Part shown: positions 1-14,100 of the stretch, piece after piece
Layout of the letters: every line of letters begins with the position of its first letter
How positions within the stretch are numbered: the stretch's first letter is position 1
Assembly (NCBI RefSeq): GCF_032062105.1
Contig: NW_026934169.1
Coordinates: 1-64,000, forward strand
Reading direction: 5' to 3'
Origin: Saccostrea cucullata
Lineage: Eukaryota
Length of the DNA stretch: 64,000 bases
Program-made: the position numbers and the translations under genes
The notes under the pieces: model-generated
Database searches by the model: none
Told to the model about the DNA's origin: nothing
Seen by the model: only the letters and a program-made list of their open reading frames with translations

Positions 1-170
1 ATTGTACGCACAATGGAGATTTCTCAGGTTGCCTTACCGTTCGCTCTCGTAGAATGGTCAGTCAATCATGCATTTTACTCACTTCTGACACCATGTATCA
101 TTATCAGTTCCTGGGTATATGTCATTAAAGGTAGAACCACGTGTTGAGTACTAAATCTAATTTATTCCAG

Positions 171-385
171 AACGAGACAACTTGGTAACACAATAGGTCG
201 TACATAAGATTATTCGTATTTGATTAACTCGTACTTTTATACATATGTTACAAACCCTATGTTATTTACTGGATATTTACAATAAATTAAGATTTATAAT
301 GCACAATGTCGATGAATTTCTACTTGCTTTGATTTATCTAACCAATAAAAAATATTTTAAAGCAGTATTTAAATGTCTAGAGATA
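171..385 (+). other. Probable terminal exon plus 3'UTR of an upstream paralogue of the small secreted peptide gene (rest of gene mostly outside window)
   Basis: Acceptor tttattccag ends at 170. Phase-2 reading a-ACG-AGA... gives TRQLGNTIGRT* (stop 205-207) and starts like exon 5 at 14690 (t-ACG-AGA). 254-385 is near-identical to the 3'UTR at 14803-14931, including AATAAA (281-286). Confidence 0.5.
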
Positions 386-724
386 GCATCCACAAGTCAA
401 ATTTCATATTTAGTATTTACCGCTTGAGTTATATATCAAATCAAAGCTTATTAAAATCATTTAAGAAAAATATAATTTTGATATTTTCTGGTCAAGCATT
501 GTTACTAAAAATAGATTGCGAAACGTAACGGTATTGCCTTAGTGTGTGACCACTTTTCTGAAGAAAATATCTTGTATCATTGAGGTCAAAACGTAAGAAA
601 TAAATTCAAAATATATTCTCTCTCTTCTTTTTTCTTTTACCCAGAACCAGAATTATTTAAGTTCAATTGCATCAAACACATAGATTGACCTGAATCGTTA
701 GATAGTGAGAGTCTTCTTCCTGTG

Positions 725-1166
725 TACTGGTGTCTCATTATATCGCGGTACTTAATCCTTTTGCATAAAAAGTGTTATTCCAATTTTTTACTTTTAACTT
801 TCATCAAAAAATATTCATAAACCAATCTATGGACTAACTTTTTAGTGTAAAATTATTTCCCAAGCTTGCATCGTTTAAGTTATTGTCTATTTTTAAAACA
901 GGAAGTCTTATTTACCTCCAAAATTTGAGAGTCTAATTGTATCGCGGTATGGGAAAACATGGAAACTTGTAGATGACATGGACCTCAATTTTTATTTTTG
1001 ATTTTTTTTTTCAAACGAATGTTCCATACTTCTTAATCATCAAAAAAGTAAACATTCAGACAACATAAATATATTGTCTATCAATAAAAAGAAAAAAGGC
1101 TATGTATCCAAATCATTGCGGCATACCGCGATACAACGAAACCCGCGATATAATGAGAATCGAGTA
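725..1166. mobile_element. Non-autonomous Tc1/mariner-pogo-type MITE
   Basis: Terminal inverted repeats tactggtgtctcattatatcgcgg / ccgcgatataatgagaatcgagta (21/24) with TA ends. Second internal inverted pair at 937-951 / 1122-1136. No ORF. Confidence 0.7.
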
Positions 1167-1759
1167 TATAATTAATTGGGTCAAACGAGACACGCAACGT
1201 TACGTTGACGTTATGCTTATAAAAAGACGTCAACAAATCCAATCAATAAAAATTATCACAAATTAATTTTTAATTAAAGGAAAAATACTAAATTATTTTT
1301 ATTATTCTTCCATAGTATAGCAATTGAAAACCTACAAAAAAGCATCATTTACTAGATTATATATATCTCGTTAAATAGTGTCATGTTTTCGCTAACTCAA
1401 CAGAAGAAATACAGATTATACTTGACTGGTTACACCGCAAAAACCAAAATTTAAGTATTCAGGTAAGGAGGAAGAGATAGTTTTTCATGGACTTATAATC
1501 ATGAAATTTTAAAGTTTTTAAGTTTAAACTAGATAACGCAAAAGAAATAAGCTGAACAAAAGCTCAATCGATTTAAACTGTAATATGCAGAATTTGAATT
1601 CAACACAACTAAAACCCCTGTGTCAACTCTTTTAAATATATTGGCAGTTCTTTTGTTTGCAAGCTGATTTTTCTTGAATCTCTAGAAATTTAAAGACTGT
1701 TTTTATCTTTTTGTAAAATTAATCTTTGGGTTAGACACAACACATGCAATAACAGGATT

Positions 1760-1995
1760 CAGTGGCGGATTTAGAGGGGGGTACATCCACCCCCACCCCC
1801 TTAAAATTGTCAAAGTTAGTGTAAATCATAATTTCGACGAGAAAATGTAAAAATGTCTACTCGGTAGGCATCAAATTTACCTACAAAATCTCTAGAATCC
1901 TAGAGTTTCCGTTGGCTTCGCACCGAGGCGGCGCCCAGACCCTGCCTATATTTTTGCCACCCCCCTTTTAATTTTAAATCCTGGATCCGCGCATG
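1760..1995. mobile_element. MITE with CAGTGGCGGAT-type termini
   Basis: Imperfect TIRs cagtggcggatttag / ctggatccgcgcatg, G/C tracts inside both ends, identical 5-bp flanks GGATT (1755-1759, 1996-2000). Confidence 0.6.
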
Positions 1996-2559
1996 GGATT
2001 TATAGAGAGTTGGAGTGATATCCACTTATTATACAAAGGAAACTTAAAATCATGAAAGTTTTATGTAAATTAATTTAAAAAAATAATAATAACTGCATTT
2101 TAAATTCTTCAAACAAATACATTTGATATGATGCGGAGAATTGATCCAGAACGAGTATTGACTGGTAGCGTGATGTTAATCTTAAATTATTTATATCAGG
2201 TATCGGAGAGTTATATTCTGAATAAATTGATAATTATATGTAATTAAAAAATAATTCAAACAATTATATTTGAACTGGATATTTAAAAAAAAAACTTGCG
2301 GAATATTAATCATAAATATGACAGCAGCATGTAATAAATTCTGAAAGAGAAAAAGAAGGGGTAGGGATTTAATGTAAAATTAGTTTGAACGACATTTAGT
2401 TAAACATTTAGATATTTCCTAATGTGTGTTAAAGGTTGTCCAAATTGTTTGTGAATTATTGAAGCTCTTTATCCTTTTCTTTCCCTTTTTTCTCTCTCTA
2501 ATTTTTTTTCTCTCTCTCTCATTCTCTATCTCCCTCTCTTTATCTCGTTTAAAATATTT

Positions 2560-3372
2560 GATTTGTCCCGCTTTCGCGAAGGCGACGAGTCTTTTAATCT
2601 TATTCGTCTGTCCGTTTGTCAGTCAGACTGTAAATCTGTTCGTATGTCATTAAAATTTAACCTTGGTCATATTTTTTGAACTAGAACAGAGAAGAGAATT
2701 TTTATATTTGATTCATGTGTTATAACTGTGACAAGACCTTTCTAAATACACTATAATTTCTTTTTACCCCATGACCTTGATCTTGAAGTTTGACCTACTT
2801 TTCAAAAACTTGAACCTTGGTCATAACTTTTGAATGAGAAAAGATACATATATATATATATATATAGTCACAAGCCACGGTTCGGAGTTCGCTTACTATT
2901 ATGTGATAGGTAATAGATCGTACTGTCCTCTACAAAAATTTGAATTTTTCAATTGAAATTTGTATATGACAGAGGACAGTACATTTTAGTCGTGGTTTGT
3001 GACGATGGAAAAGATAGGGCTTTCACATTTCATATGTATATTACCATTTCTTACACTATGGATTTTGACCTTTGACCTTGAACCTTGGCATTTTACATAC
3101 TTTTCAAAAATGTTATTTTCCCCTTACAGCTTTTGATTGAGAAGAGATAAGGCTTTCTTATTCGACAAGTTCATTATGTGTCAAACCATCGCGGTTTGGC
3201 GCAGACCATCGGACTTTGGCGTGACCATCGGACTTTGGAGTCCCATCGCACTTTGAAGTCCTACATATATACCCGCTGGCCGATGCTCATAAGGAGCATC
3301 GCCTTTAAAACAAAAGAGTTACGTAATGGTCAAACTAACCGATCCTCGCGAGGAGCATCGGGTAATCTTTGT
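2560..3372 (+). mobile_element. Helentron/HINE-like non-autonomous element with a nested small MITE (about 2865-3005) in a TA run
   Basis: gtctgtccgt microsatellite near the start, repeated gaccttga / ataacttttgaa units, hairpin cgatgctc-ataag-gagcatcg near the end. Nested TIRs gtcacaagccacg / cgtggtttgtgac. Boundaries approximate. Confidence 0.5.
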
Positions 3373-4006
3373 AATAATAAATGTTTAAAGATTAATTTAT
3401 GTTTCATAACTCACAATAGATCATACGTCATACAATGTAAATGCTGAGTGAGCTTCTCAAACATTTAAACAGCGGCATAAGAACTGGTCATGATAATACG
3501 TTATTTCGATGTAATACTTTTCTTATGTATATATTGTTTTTCATCTATCAAGGAGGGTAAAAATTATAATCTAATGAAAAATCTGCATGTAGCAAAAAAA
3601 TTAATAAGTTTTAAAACAGCGAAGGGACGTAAACAAATCACTGATAAAAGAAGTTGAGTTAACAAGGCAGGGCGACTTTTTAAAAAGATCTTTATTAAAG
3701 AAAATAATGAAATGAATTACTTCAAATGTAAAATTATTTCTGAATGAATACAGTAGTTTCAATGTTATTGTTGACAAACCAATCGAAGAATCGTTCGTGT
3801 AACGTGCAAGATCGTGCGTGTATCAGACTCAATCGTTTGCAATCGTGTAAGACTGTTGAACGTGTAGAATCGTGTACGTGAAGGATAGTTCGTGTATCAG
3901 GTTTAATCGTGCGTTAATCATGCGCAACCGTTCATATAAAGTGGTCGTTCGTGTAAGTTGTGAACCATAATATATGTAATACAATTATTTTCTTACTTAT
4001 TCGGTG

Positions 4007-7000
4007 TACTAGATAAAGACAATGAACTCCCTGTGGATATGATAGTTCAATACTAGATAAAGACAATGAACTCCCTGTGGATATGATAGTTCAATACTAG
4101 ATAAAGACAATGAACTCCCTGTGGATTTGATGGTTCAATACTAGATAAAGACAATGAACTCCCTGTGGATATGATGGTTCAATACTAGATAAAGACAATG
4201 AACTCCCTGTGGATATGATAGTTCAATACTAGATAAAGACAATGAACACCCTGTGGATATGATAGTTCAATACTAGATAAAGACAATGAACACCCTGTGG
4301 ATATGATAGTTCAATACTAGATAAAGACAATGAACTCCCTGTGGATATGATAGTTCAATACTAGATAAAGACAATGAACTCCCTGTGGATATGATAGTTC
4401 AATACTAGATTAAGACAATGGACTCCCTGTGTATATGATAGTTCAATACTAGATAAAGACAATGGACTCCCTGTGGATATGATAGTTCAATACTAGATAA
4501 AGACAATGAACTCCCTGTTTATATGATAGTTCAATACTAGATAAAGACAATGAACTCCCTGTGGATATGATGGTTCAATACTAGATAAAGACAATGAACT
4601 CCCTGTGGATATGATGGTTCAATACTAGATAAAGACAATGAACTCCCTGTGGATATGATGGTTCAATACTAGATAAAGACAATGAACTCCCTGTGGATAT
4701 GATGGTTCAATACTAGATAAAGACAATGAACTCCCTGTGGATATGATGGTTCAATACTAGATAAAGACAATGAACTCCCTGTGGATATGATGGTTCAATA
4801 CTAGATAAAGACAATGAACTCCCTGTGGATATGATAGTTCAATACTAGATAAAGACAATGAACTCCCTGTGGATATGATAGTTCAATACTAGATAAAAAC
4901 AATGAACTCCCTGTGGATATGATAGTTCAATACTAGATAAAGACAATGAACTCCCTGTGGATATGATAGTTCAATACTAGATAAAGACAATGAACTCCCT
5001 GTGGATATGATAGTTCAATACTAGATAAAGACAATGAACTCCCTGTGGATATGATAGTTCAATACTAGATTAAGACAATGAACTCCCTGTGTATATGATA
5101 GTTCAATACTAGATAAAGACAATGAACTCCCTGTGGATATGATAATTCAATACTAGATAAAGACAATGAACTCCCTGTGGATATGATAGTTCAATACTAG
5201 ATAAAGACAATGAACTCCCTGTGTATATGATAGTTCAATATTAGATAAAGACAATGAACTCCCTGTGTATATGATAGTTCAATACTAGATAAAGACAATG
5301 AACTCCCTGTGGATATGATAGTTCAATACTAGATAAAGACAATGAACTCCCTGTGGATATGATAGTTCAATACTAGATAAAGACAATGAACTCCCTGTGG
5401 ATATGATAGTTCAATACTAGATAAAGACAATGAACTCCCTGTGGATATGATAGTTCAATACTAGATTAAGACAATGAACTCCCTGTGTATATGATAGTTC
5501 AATACTAGATAAAGACAATGAACTCCCTGTGGATATGATAATTCAATACTAGATAAAGACAATGAACTCCCTGTGGATATGATAGTTCAATACTAGATAA
5601 AGACAATGAACTCCCTGTGTATATGATAGTTCAATATTAGATAAAGACAATGAACTCCCTGTGTATATGATAGTTCAATACTAGATAAAGACAATGAACT
5701 CCCTGTGGATATGATAGTTCAATACTAGATAAAGACAGTGAACTCCCTGTGGATATGATAGTTCAATACTAGATAAAGACAATGAACTCCCTGTGGATAT
5801 GATAGTTCAATACTAGATAAAGACAATGAACTCCCTGTGGATATGATAGTTCAATACTAGATAAAGACAACGAACTCCCTGTGGATATGATAGTTCAATA
5901 CTAGATAAAGACAATGAACTCCCTGTGGATATGATAGTTCAATACTAGATAAAGACAACGAACTCCCTGTGGATATGATAGTTCAATACTAGATAAAGAC
6001 AATGAACTCCCTGTGGATATGATAGTTCAATACTAGATAAAGACAATGAACTCCCTGTGGATATGATAGTTCAATACTAGATAAAGACAATGAACTCCCT
6101 GTGGATATGATGGTTCAATACTAGATAAAGACAATGAACTCCCTGTGGATATGATGGTTCAATACTAGATAAAGACAATGAACTCCCTGTGGATATGATG
6201 GTTCAATACTAGATAAAGACAATGAACTCCCTGTGGATATGATGGTTCAATACTAGATAAAGACAATGAACTCCCTGTGGATATGATAGTTCAATACTAG
6301 ATAAAGACAATGGACTCCCTGTGGATATGATAGTTCAATACTAGATAAAGACAACGAACTCCCTGTGGATATGATGGTTCAATACTAGATAAAGACAACG
6401 AACTCCCTGTGGATATGATGGTTCAATACTAGATAAAGACAATGAACTCCCTGTGGATATGATAGTTCAATACTAGATAAAGACAATGAACTCCCTGTGG
6501 ATATGATAGTTCAATACTAGATAAAGACAATGAACTCCCTGTGGATATGATGGTTCAATACTAGATAAAGACAATGAACTCCCTGTGGATATGATGGTTC
6601 AATACTAGATAAAGACAATGAACTCCCTGTGGATATGATGGTTCAATACTAGATAAAGACAATGAACTCCCTGTGGATATGATGGTTCAATACTAGATAA
6701 AGACAATGAACTCCCTGTGGATATGATAATTCAATACTAGATAAAGACAATGGACTCCCTGTGGATATGATAGTTCAATACTAGATAAAGACAATGGACT
6801 CCCTGTGGATATGATAGTTCAATACTAGATAAAGACAATGAACTCCCTGTGGATATGATAGTTCAATACTAGATAAAGACAATGAACTCCCTGTGGATAT
6901 GATGGTTCAATACTAGATAAAGACAATGAACTCCCTGTGGATATGATAGTTCAATACTAGATAAAGACAATGGACTCCCTGTGGATATGATAGTTCAATA

Positions 7001-7394
7001 CTAGATAAAGACAATGAACTCCCTGTGGATATGATAGTTCAATACTAGATAAAGACAATGAACTCCCTGTGGATATGATAGTTCAATACTAGATAAAGAC
7101 AATGGACTCCCTGTGGATATGATAGTTCAATACTAGATAAAGACAATGAACTCCCTGTGGATATGATAGTTCAATACTAGATAAAGACAATGAACTCCCT
7201 GTGGATATGATAGTTCAATACTAGATAAAGACAATGAACTCCCTGTGGATATGATAGTTCAATACTAGATAAAGACAATGAACTCCCTGTGGATATGATA
7301 GTTCAATACTAGATAAAGACAATGAACTCCCTGTGGATATGATAGTTCAATACTAGATAAAGACAATGAACTCCCTGTGGATATGATAGTTCAA
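4007..7394. repeat. Tandem satellite, 77 copies of a 44-bp unit (tactagataaagacaatgaactccctgtggatatgatagttcaa)
   Basis: Unit recurs at 4007, 4051, and so on; 3388 bp / 44 = 77. Only point variants, no spacers. Confidence 0.97.
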
Positions 7395-7546
7395 TTGTGT
7401 ATGCTTACTTCCCTATGACACCTGGTTCCTTTTTCTTGTTTAAGAAGAGTGTCTTTGATAGTAGTTCTTTTCCTTTGTATTTCACGTGGATTACAAAATG
7501 GACACATTTTCCATCTGTTGTAATGTAATGAAGACTAATTTGTCGT

Positions 7547-8120
7547 GAAATGCTATTTTTGTAATGTGTTTTTAATCTACACGAAACAGATGTTTCGTAT
7601 TTGGAAAAGTTAAACCACTTAGTTACGATGCCCACTGTCGTTTACAAAAATTTTACATCATTTATTCTTTTAACAAACTCTCATTCTCAGAAATTTTCCA
7701 AATACACATAAAATGAAATGGTACTTTTTCCTTTTTTCGATAAACAGGGAAGAAATGCTATTTTTGAAATGTGTTTGTAATCTTCACGAAACAGATGTTT
7801 CGTATTTGGAAAGATAAAACCACTTAGTGACGATGTCCACTGTTTTTACAAACATTATACATCATTTATTCTTTTAACAAACTTCCATTCTCAGAAATTT
7901 CTAAATATAATGTATAATGAAATGGTACTTTTTCCTTTTTTCGATGAACAGGGCAGAAATGCTATTTTTGAAATGTGTTTTTAATCTACACGAAACAGAT
8001 GTTCCGTATTTGGAAAGAGTAAACCATTTAGTGATCCATGTCCACTTTTTTTACAAACATTATGCATCATTTATTCTTTCAACAAACTTCCCAGAAATTT
8101 TCAAAATGGTCCTTTTTTCT
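7547..8120. repeat. Three diverged ~205-bp tandem repeats immediately upstream of the peptide gene's first coding exon
   Basis: gaaatgctattttt...cacgaaacagatgt...ggaaa...aaacca recurs at 7547, 7752 and 7956. Confidence 0.85.
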
Positions 8121-8143
8121 TTTTTTTTATGTATAGGACCGGG

Positions 8144-8153
8144 TATATATATA
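8144..8153 (+). promoter_or_regulatory. Candidate TATA box of the small peptide gene
   Basis: TATATATATA about 45 nt upstream of the ATG at 8195. Alternatively this lies inside an exon starting at the acceptor ending 8136. Confidence 0.35.
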
Positions 8154-8194
8154 CAGCAATTCTAAGCGAGCTATTCTCAAATCCAAGGGACAAG

Positions 8195-11100
8195 ATGAGG
8201 AACCTCTACATTTGTTTAACCGTAAGTAACCTGCATGGCTTCTTTTCTTTTTACCGACATCTTTATGTTTTGTTATGCAAAAAATATATACACTTTAAAG
8301 CAATGCTGAAATAGAGTATGTGCGTTTTAAAAGTGATTATATGAGTTTTTAGTATTCGTCTTACAAAACGTAAATAAAAATATGTTTTTTTATTATTATA
8401 CTGATATTTTCTGTTCATAACTGCATGATTTAATGGATAAGAAATAATTATTTGTTGTTTCGGAGGGTTTTTCACCTAATTATTACAATCCATTCAACTT
8501 TTTTGATGACAAAGCAATAGAGTAAAACGTGCGTGATCATTCATATAAGATGAGAGATCGTACGTGTAGCAGGTTTAATCGTTCGCAGTTTTAATCCTGT
8601 GCGTGCTCATTTCATTTTTAAAAGATTTTTCGGAAATTTAATCTTTTAAACAATTTTTTTTTGTTTATTGTTCTACATGTAAAAGGAAGGAAATGTCATT
8701 CATAAAGTTAAATATTGAATTGATGATCGCATTAAAACACGTAAAATCGGGTCGCGAAGCAGGTCAAAATTTAGTAAGTTACAGACAATTCACTAAATAA
8801 TGTCTGTAGTTATATTCTCAGTAAAATGGAGCAAAAACAACAAACAACCTAGAAATTCAAATTAAGAATTGTTACATCAATATGTGTACAAAATTATGGT
8901 TTTATATTTTGCTTTGTTGAAAGGAAATCAACTTGAGAAGATTAGTAGTACTTTTTGAAAATGACAAAAACGATAACGTTTTAGAACGTCACGTAGAAGC
9001 AGATACCGAAGCAATTTTGTGTTTTTCTCAGGAAAATCCTGAATAAACTCTAAAAATGTTGAAGGAATCAAGAAAATATGTCACAAGCGAGTTGTGTCTG
9101 TGTGTACAAATAGTACAGACAATATTTAAGTGTAACTGTATCGGATGAGGATTGTATCATTTATATGTTTTGAATTGACCCCTTTGTGTATTACGTCATC
9201 AATTATGTGAAGGAACACAGAATTAAAAGCATGGAACCGACGCCATTCTTATGTTGTATCTACAGGCTAGTAAAAGCTTTATGGGACCACCTGAACCTTA
9301 ACACAAGGATGACCTGTGAAGAAACGGTTTTACTGTAAACATCTAAACAAAACTTTAAAATTTGAAACGTAAATGAAAGACAAAGGCGCTTCAGAGTTGC
9401 TTATCCTGTGAAAGCAGAGTTAAGTGCTAAAAGAAATTAAAACCTTAACAACGAAAATTATACAATGAGATTAATTCTAAAAAAAAATTGTCAAGTATAA
9501 GAAAAAGAATTTAATGAATGTGTATTGGAATATTCTGTGTGAAATGTATAGGTATAGTATCTATTATAAATTTTCGATGCTATGTTTTGACGTTACATTG
9601 CCGTTTTGTGTGCTCCGCGGGTACAGAACATGTTGATTTGAAAATGAAGTAAATTTATTTGTGTTAATTCGAATAGAATGAAACTTCACACACCAACAAA
9701 ACAAATATTTTTACATATTATAATGTGCTTGTTTTGAATTTCCAGTGAGAAGTATAACGAAGATGGACATCGTCCACGAACTTTTCGAACAACTCTCGTA
9801 TTAAATCAAAAATAAGTAAATGAATTCATTATTTCGATTATTTTTTCAAACGTATGTAAACAACGGTGTTTCTTTTCACGTAGTCTCTTGTCTTTGAACG
9901 TTTTTCTTGCAGGATTAAAACAGGTACCCTATGTTGAACCTGAATGAAACAGTCTAAATATAAATCAAATTACATAGTTTTCATTGACTCCAATAAGAAC
10001 TTTTTGTTATTGTTAAGCGCCACCTTAAAACAATCTTATACAAGCTTTGAACAGAACAATTCCTAAAAGGTTAATCTCATAGAAATGCAGAATCTAAATA
10101 TTCATACAATATAAATAATTCAATGTTTATTGAAAATCTTTTGAATTGAATTGAACATATTTTATTGACAATTAAAGCCAAAAGGATAAGACACAAGTTC
10201 TGACAACTTAGATAGTCTTCTCCTCATACAAAATTTTTATAATATTGCCAAAATAAAGAACAATTATTTTCAGTAACAATTAGTAATGTCAAAGACAGTA
10301 AACTCTTGATACCAGAACACAATACTATATATACAAAAAATAAAGATTTTTCAGAGAATCGACCACACTCTTTTAAAAAGGTATGAATAACTTTAAAAAT
10401 TTCTACATTTTGTTGATCAGAGAATGAATCAACACCCCATAACATCAAATGTACATCTATAATGTACAAATTGTTGAATGATAATAACTTATTCATTAGA
10501 GAATATCTTGCTGTTGCATATTTTCTACAAACAAAAAAACAAATGATAGGAATCCTCTATTTGTCCACATGAGCAATTCGGACTGTCAATTAAATTACAG
10601 CGAAATAGGTCAAAATTTAAAATACAATTATGTCTTAACCTTGTGTGAATAATATTCCAAAATCTCTTACCAAAAGAAAAAATAATTTGGAGGTTTTACA
10701 ATATTGCTTGGCAAGCATTTTAAAACATTTTCATAGGAGTTGCCTCCCTTATGTAAATTTTAGTTGCATTCAACTTTCTAATAGTATCTGGAATAAAGGA
10801 TTTATTGAAAAGTTCTAATCTGCATTTTGTCAAGGAATAATTGGAGGAATTTCTAGTAGAGTATTGTGAAATGTTGCCTCTAATATCAGGTACTATATTT
10901 TGAATATAAGTAGGTACTAAATTATTGTGTATTTAGTACATTGTTACTAGATTTGTTCGATTTCTTCTATTTTCCAATGGTTCCCATCCAGTTTCCAGAT
11001 AAAGTGAATTTTTAGAAGCAATAAATGTAAGACCTGTTACAATTCTAGCAGCAAATAGTTGAACTTTCTCAAGCTTTTCTATGTCTGCCTTTGTACACCC

Positions 11101-14100
11101 CGACCAAACTTCAACTGCATATTCCAGTTGTGGTCTGATAAAAGAAATATACATCTGGGACAAAATATCCCTTGAAACATTAAATTTTAGTTTTTTCAGT
11201 AAACCAAGTTTTTTGTAAGCCTTCTTTACAATGATATCAATATGATCAGACCATCCCATATTTGAAGACAGAAGTATCCCAAGATGTGTATGTTGTGTGA
11301 CATATTCTATTTGACAGTTATCAAAAATTAGATTTGGAAATTGCTGCACAGCTTTCAAATGAAAAAATACAGCTTTTGTTTTCTGTGGGTTGAATTTCAA
11401 CAGCCATTTTTCGACCATTCATGTAATACTTTAAGATCTTGATTAAGATTTTGTTCAATATGATTAATATTATCTGAACATTGTTGTAAAGAATTATCAC
11501 CAGCATATAATCTACAGACAGATATCATATTTTGAGCAACATCATTTACATACATCAAAAATAAGAGTGGTCCAAGTACAGATCCCTGAGAGACTCCAGC
11601 TTTTACATAACCAATGGAAGAGAGCAGATTTCTGTACTTGACTTGTGTTCTATTGCTTAAATAATTTTCCAACCATTTTAGCATTTTACCATTAATTCCG
11701 AAGTTTGAAGTTTATGAATGAAGCTTTTATGCCATACTCTATCAAATGCTTTGGATAAATCACAGAACACCATACAGCAGAATTTACCTTCATCAATACT
11801 TTTCACAACAGAATGGTACATTTCTAGAAGTTGATACACAGTAGAGTGCCTGGGTAAAAAACCTGACTGATATTTATAAAAAAGATTTTTTTAATGTAGG
11901 TAATTGTACACATGTTTGAAAATAATTCTTTCAAATATTTTACTTACACAACTCAACAAAGAGACAGGTCTTTAATTTGAAGTTATAGAGGGGTCATCCT
12001 TCTTAAATAGTGGAAGAACATATACTAATTTCCAACATTCAGGAAATGTTTTTAGCATTAATGATTTATTAAATAAAATACACAGTGGTTTTGATATAGT
12101 ATTTTTACAAGACTTTAACATTTTGTGACTGATGCCGTCTGGACCCACAGCTTTATTGATAGGAATTACTGAGATTATGTCTGTAATCTCATATTCTTGA
12201 ATTTGTATTTCTGGAAATCTATCATGACATCTAATTTCTATATTTGGAAGTCCATGGTCACTGTCGTCTAAAAAAGTGATAGATGTAAAATACTTATTTA
12301 AGAGTTCAATCTTGTCGGAGTCTAGTATTGCAAATTTATCTGTGTTAGTTTCATTTATATACTGAATTGGTGGTATTTTACTCGTCGATTTAGTGTGAAA
12401 AAAGTCTTTCAATAATTTCCAGTATAATTTTTGATTATTCTTATTAGCATCTTTTAGATGAGAACCAATGTTATCGTAATAATTAGTTATGGCACGTCTT
12501 TTTCATGTTATTAACCTTATTTCGTAGTTTACGATAATTGTTGCGATCAGATTCTGTTTTAGTTTTTTGAGCTTTTTTTCCTAAGTCTATTCCGATCACG
12601 AATAGTTTTCTTTAAAAGAGAATCCATCCATGGTTTATCGTTTGGTCTTATGGTTATTGTTTTTTTCGGGTATGCATTGGTGAATTATAGAATTAAACTC
12701 CTCTGTCAAGTTTCTTTAGCAGAATCCATGTTTTCTGTGTCATCAATAATGCTATTCCAATCACTTTGTAATATGAGTGTATTTAGGAGTTCTATATCTG
12801 CATGCTTGACATCCCATACTTTGCGTTTGTATTCCATATTAAGGCCGTTGATCTGATGAATATACATGTTAGTAACCCTATGAACATTAAGTGTATGAGC
12901 ACCATTTAAGGTGCCAGAATCATGTACATGTATAGTTTCACTGATAATTATAGGATCTATGAGAGTGCCTGTGTTACAAGTGATTCTTGTTGGTTCAAGT
13001 ATAATGTTTGTTAATCTGCCGCTTTTCAAAATTGTATTTACTTCATGTGATGTATTTAGTTTTAAGAAATCAACATTAGGGTCACCAAGTATTACAATAG
13101 TATTCGAAATATCACTGGCTTTTTCAATAGAACAAGAGAACTTTTGCCAAAATGTACTACTACTATGTGGTGGGCGATAAATACAGCATATAAGAAGGTT
13201 TCCCTTTGATTGGGGTATTTCTATCCATAATATTTCTGTATCAATTGGTTCTAAATCTATTCTACGACTTGCCTTAATAAAATTCGAGACAAAAATCATT
13301 ACACCTCCACCATGGAAGTTTCTATCTTTTCTAAAAATACTCCTAAAACTTTGTATAAATAAGCTTTCATCTGTTATACTTGGGTCCAAGTGATTTTCAC
13401 TAAAACACAATAATTATATCAAAATCATGTACTAAGTACATGAGGGAATCAATCTTATTTCCTATACTTCTGATATTGAGATGTAAAACATCAAGAGAAT
13501 TTTCAACATTTGGACCTGGATTTGTTTCAATATCACCTGAGCGTAAAAGTATGAAAAACAGAAATAACTGTGCAAAAAAATGAATGTTGAGGGACCAAAA
13601 TGCCAGAGACCTGCATTGTTGCTTTAAAACACCAAATACAAACAGTAAATTTTTAAAAAGATTTGCAGTTTTAAAGATTCTTATAGCTGACCTTTTAGTT
13701 TTCATTAATGTTTCTTTTTTTCTTTTCTAGGTTCTTTTGATCCTGCATCTAGCGCAAGCAAGACGTGATGTAATGGATCGATTCTCCACTAGGTAAATAT
13801 GAAAAATCTTTTTATATATTGTGATGTTTGCATTATTTTTTTTTTTCACTTTTAGCAAAAGAAAGGTAAAGGAATATAGAAATTAAAATTTCTTTTGTGT
13901 CATGAATATGACTTAAATTGGATAATATATAAAATACTTTTTCTGTAAGTGCAAGAGAGTCTATAATATCAAAAGAAGACAGATGCATAATATTGTAAAT
14001 ATTTTTTAAATGTATATATATTGGGGGAGGGGTGATTGATGAATATCAGATTTTCAACTTTTTTTTCTTTTATGTATTGTATGTATTATTAACATACAAA

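Noticed and set aside
28-56. Signal-peptide-like exon VALPFALVE of the upstream paralogue
   Set aside because: Splicing to 171 creates TGA and the acceptor is weak; cannot be supported without upstream sequence.
4007-7394. CRISPR array
   Set aside because: Contiguous 44-bp units with no unique spacers, no cas genes, eukaryotic context.
12650-13180. Plus-strand ORFs over the LINE
   Set aside because: Antisense shadows of the endonuclease coding region.
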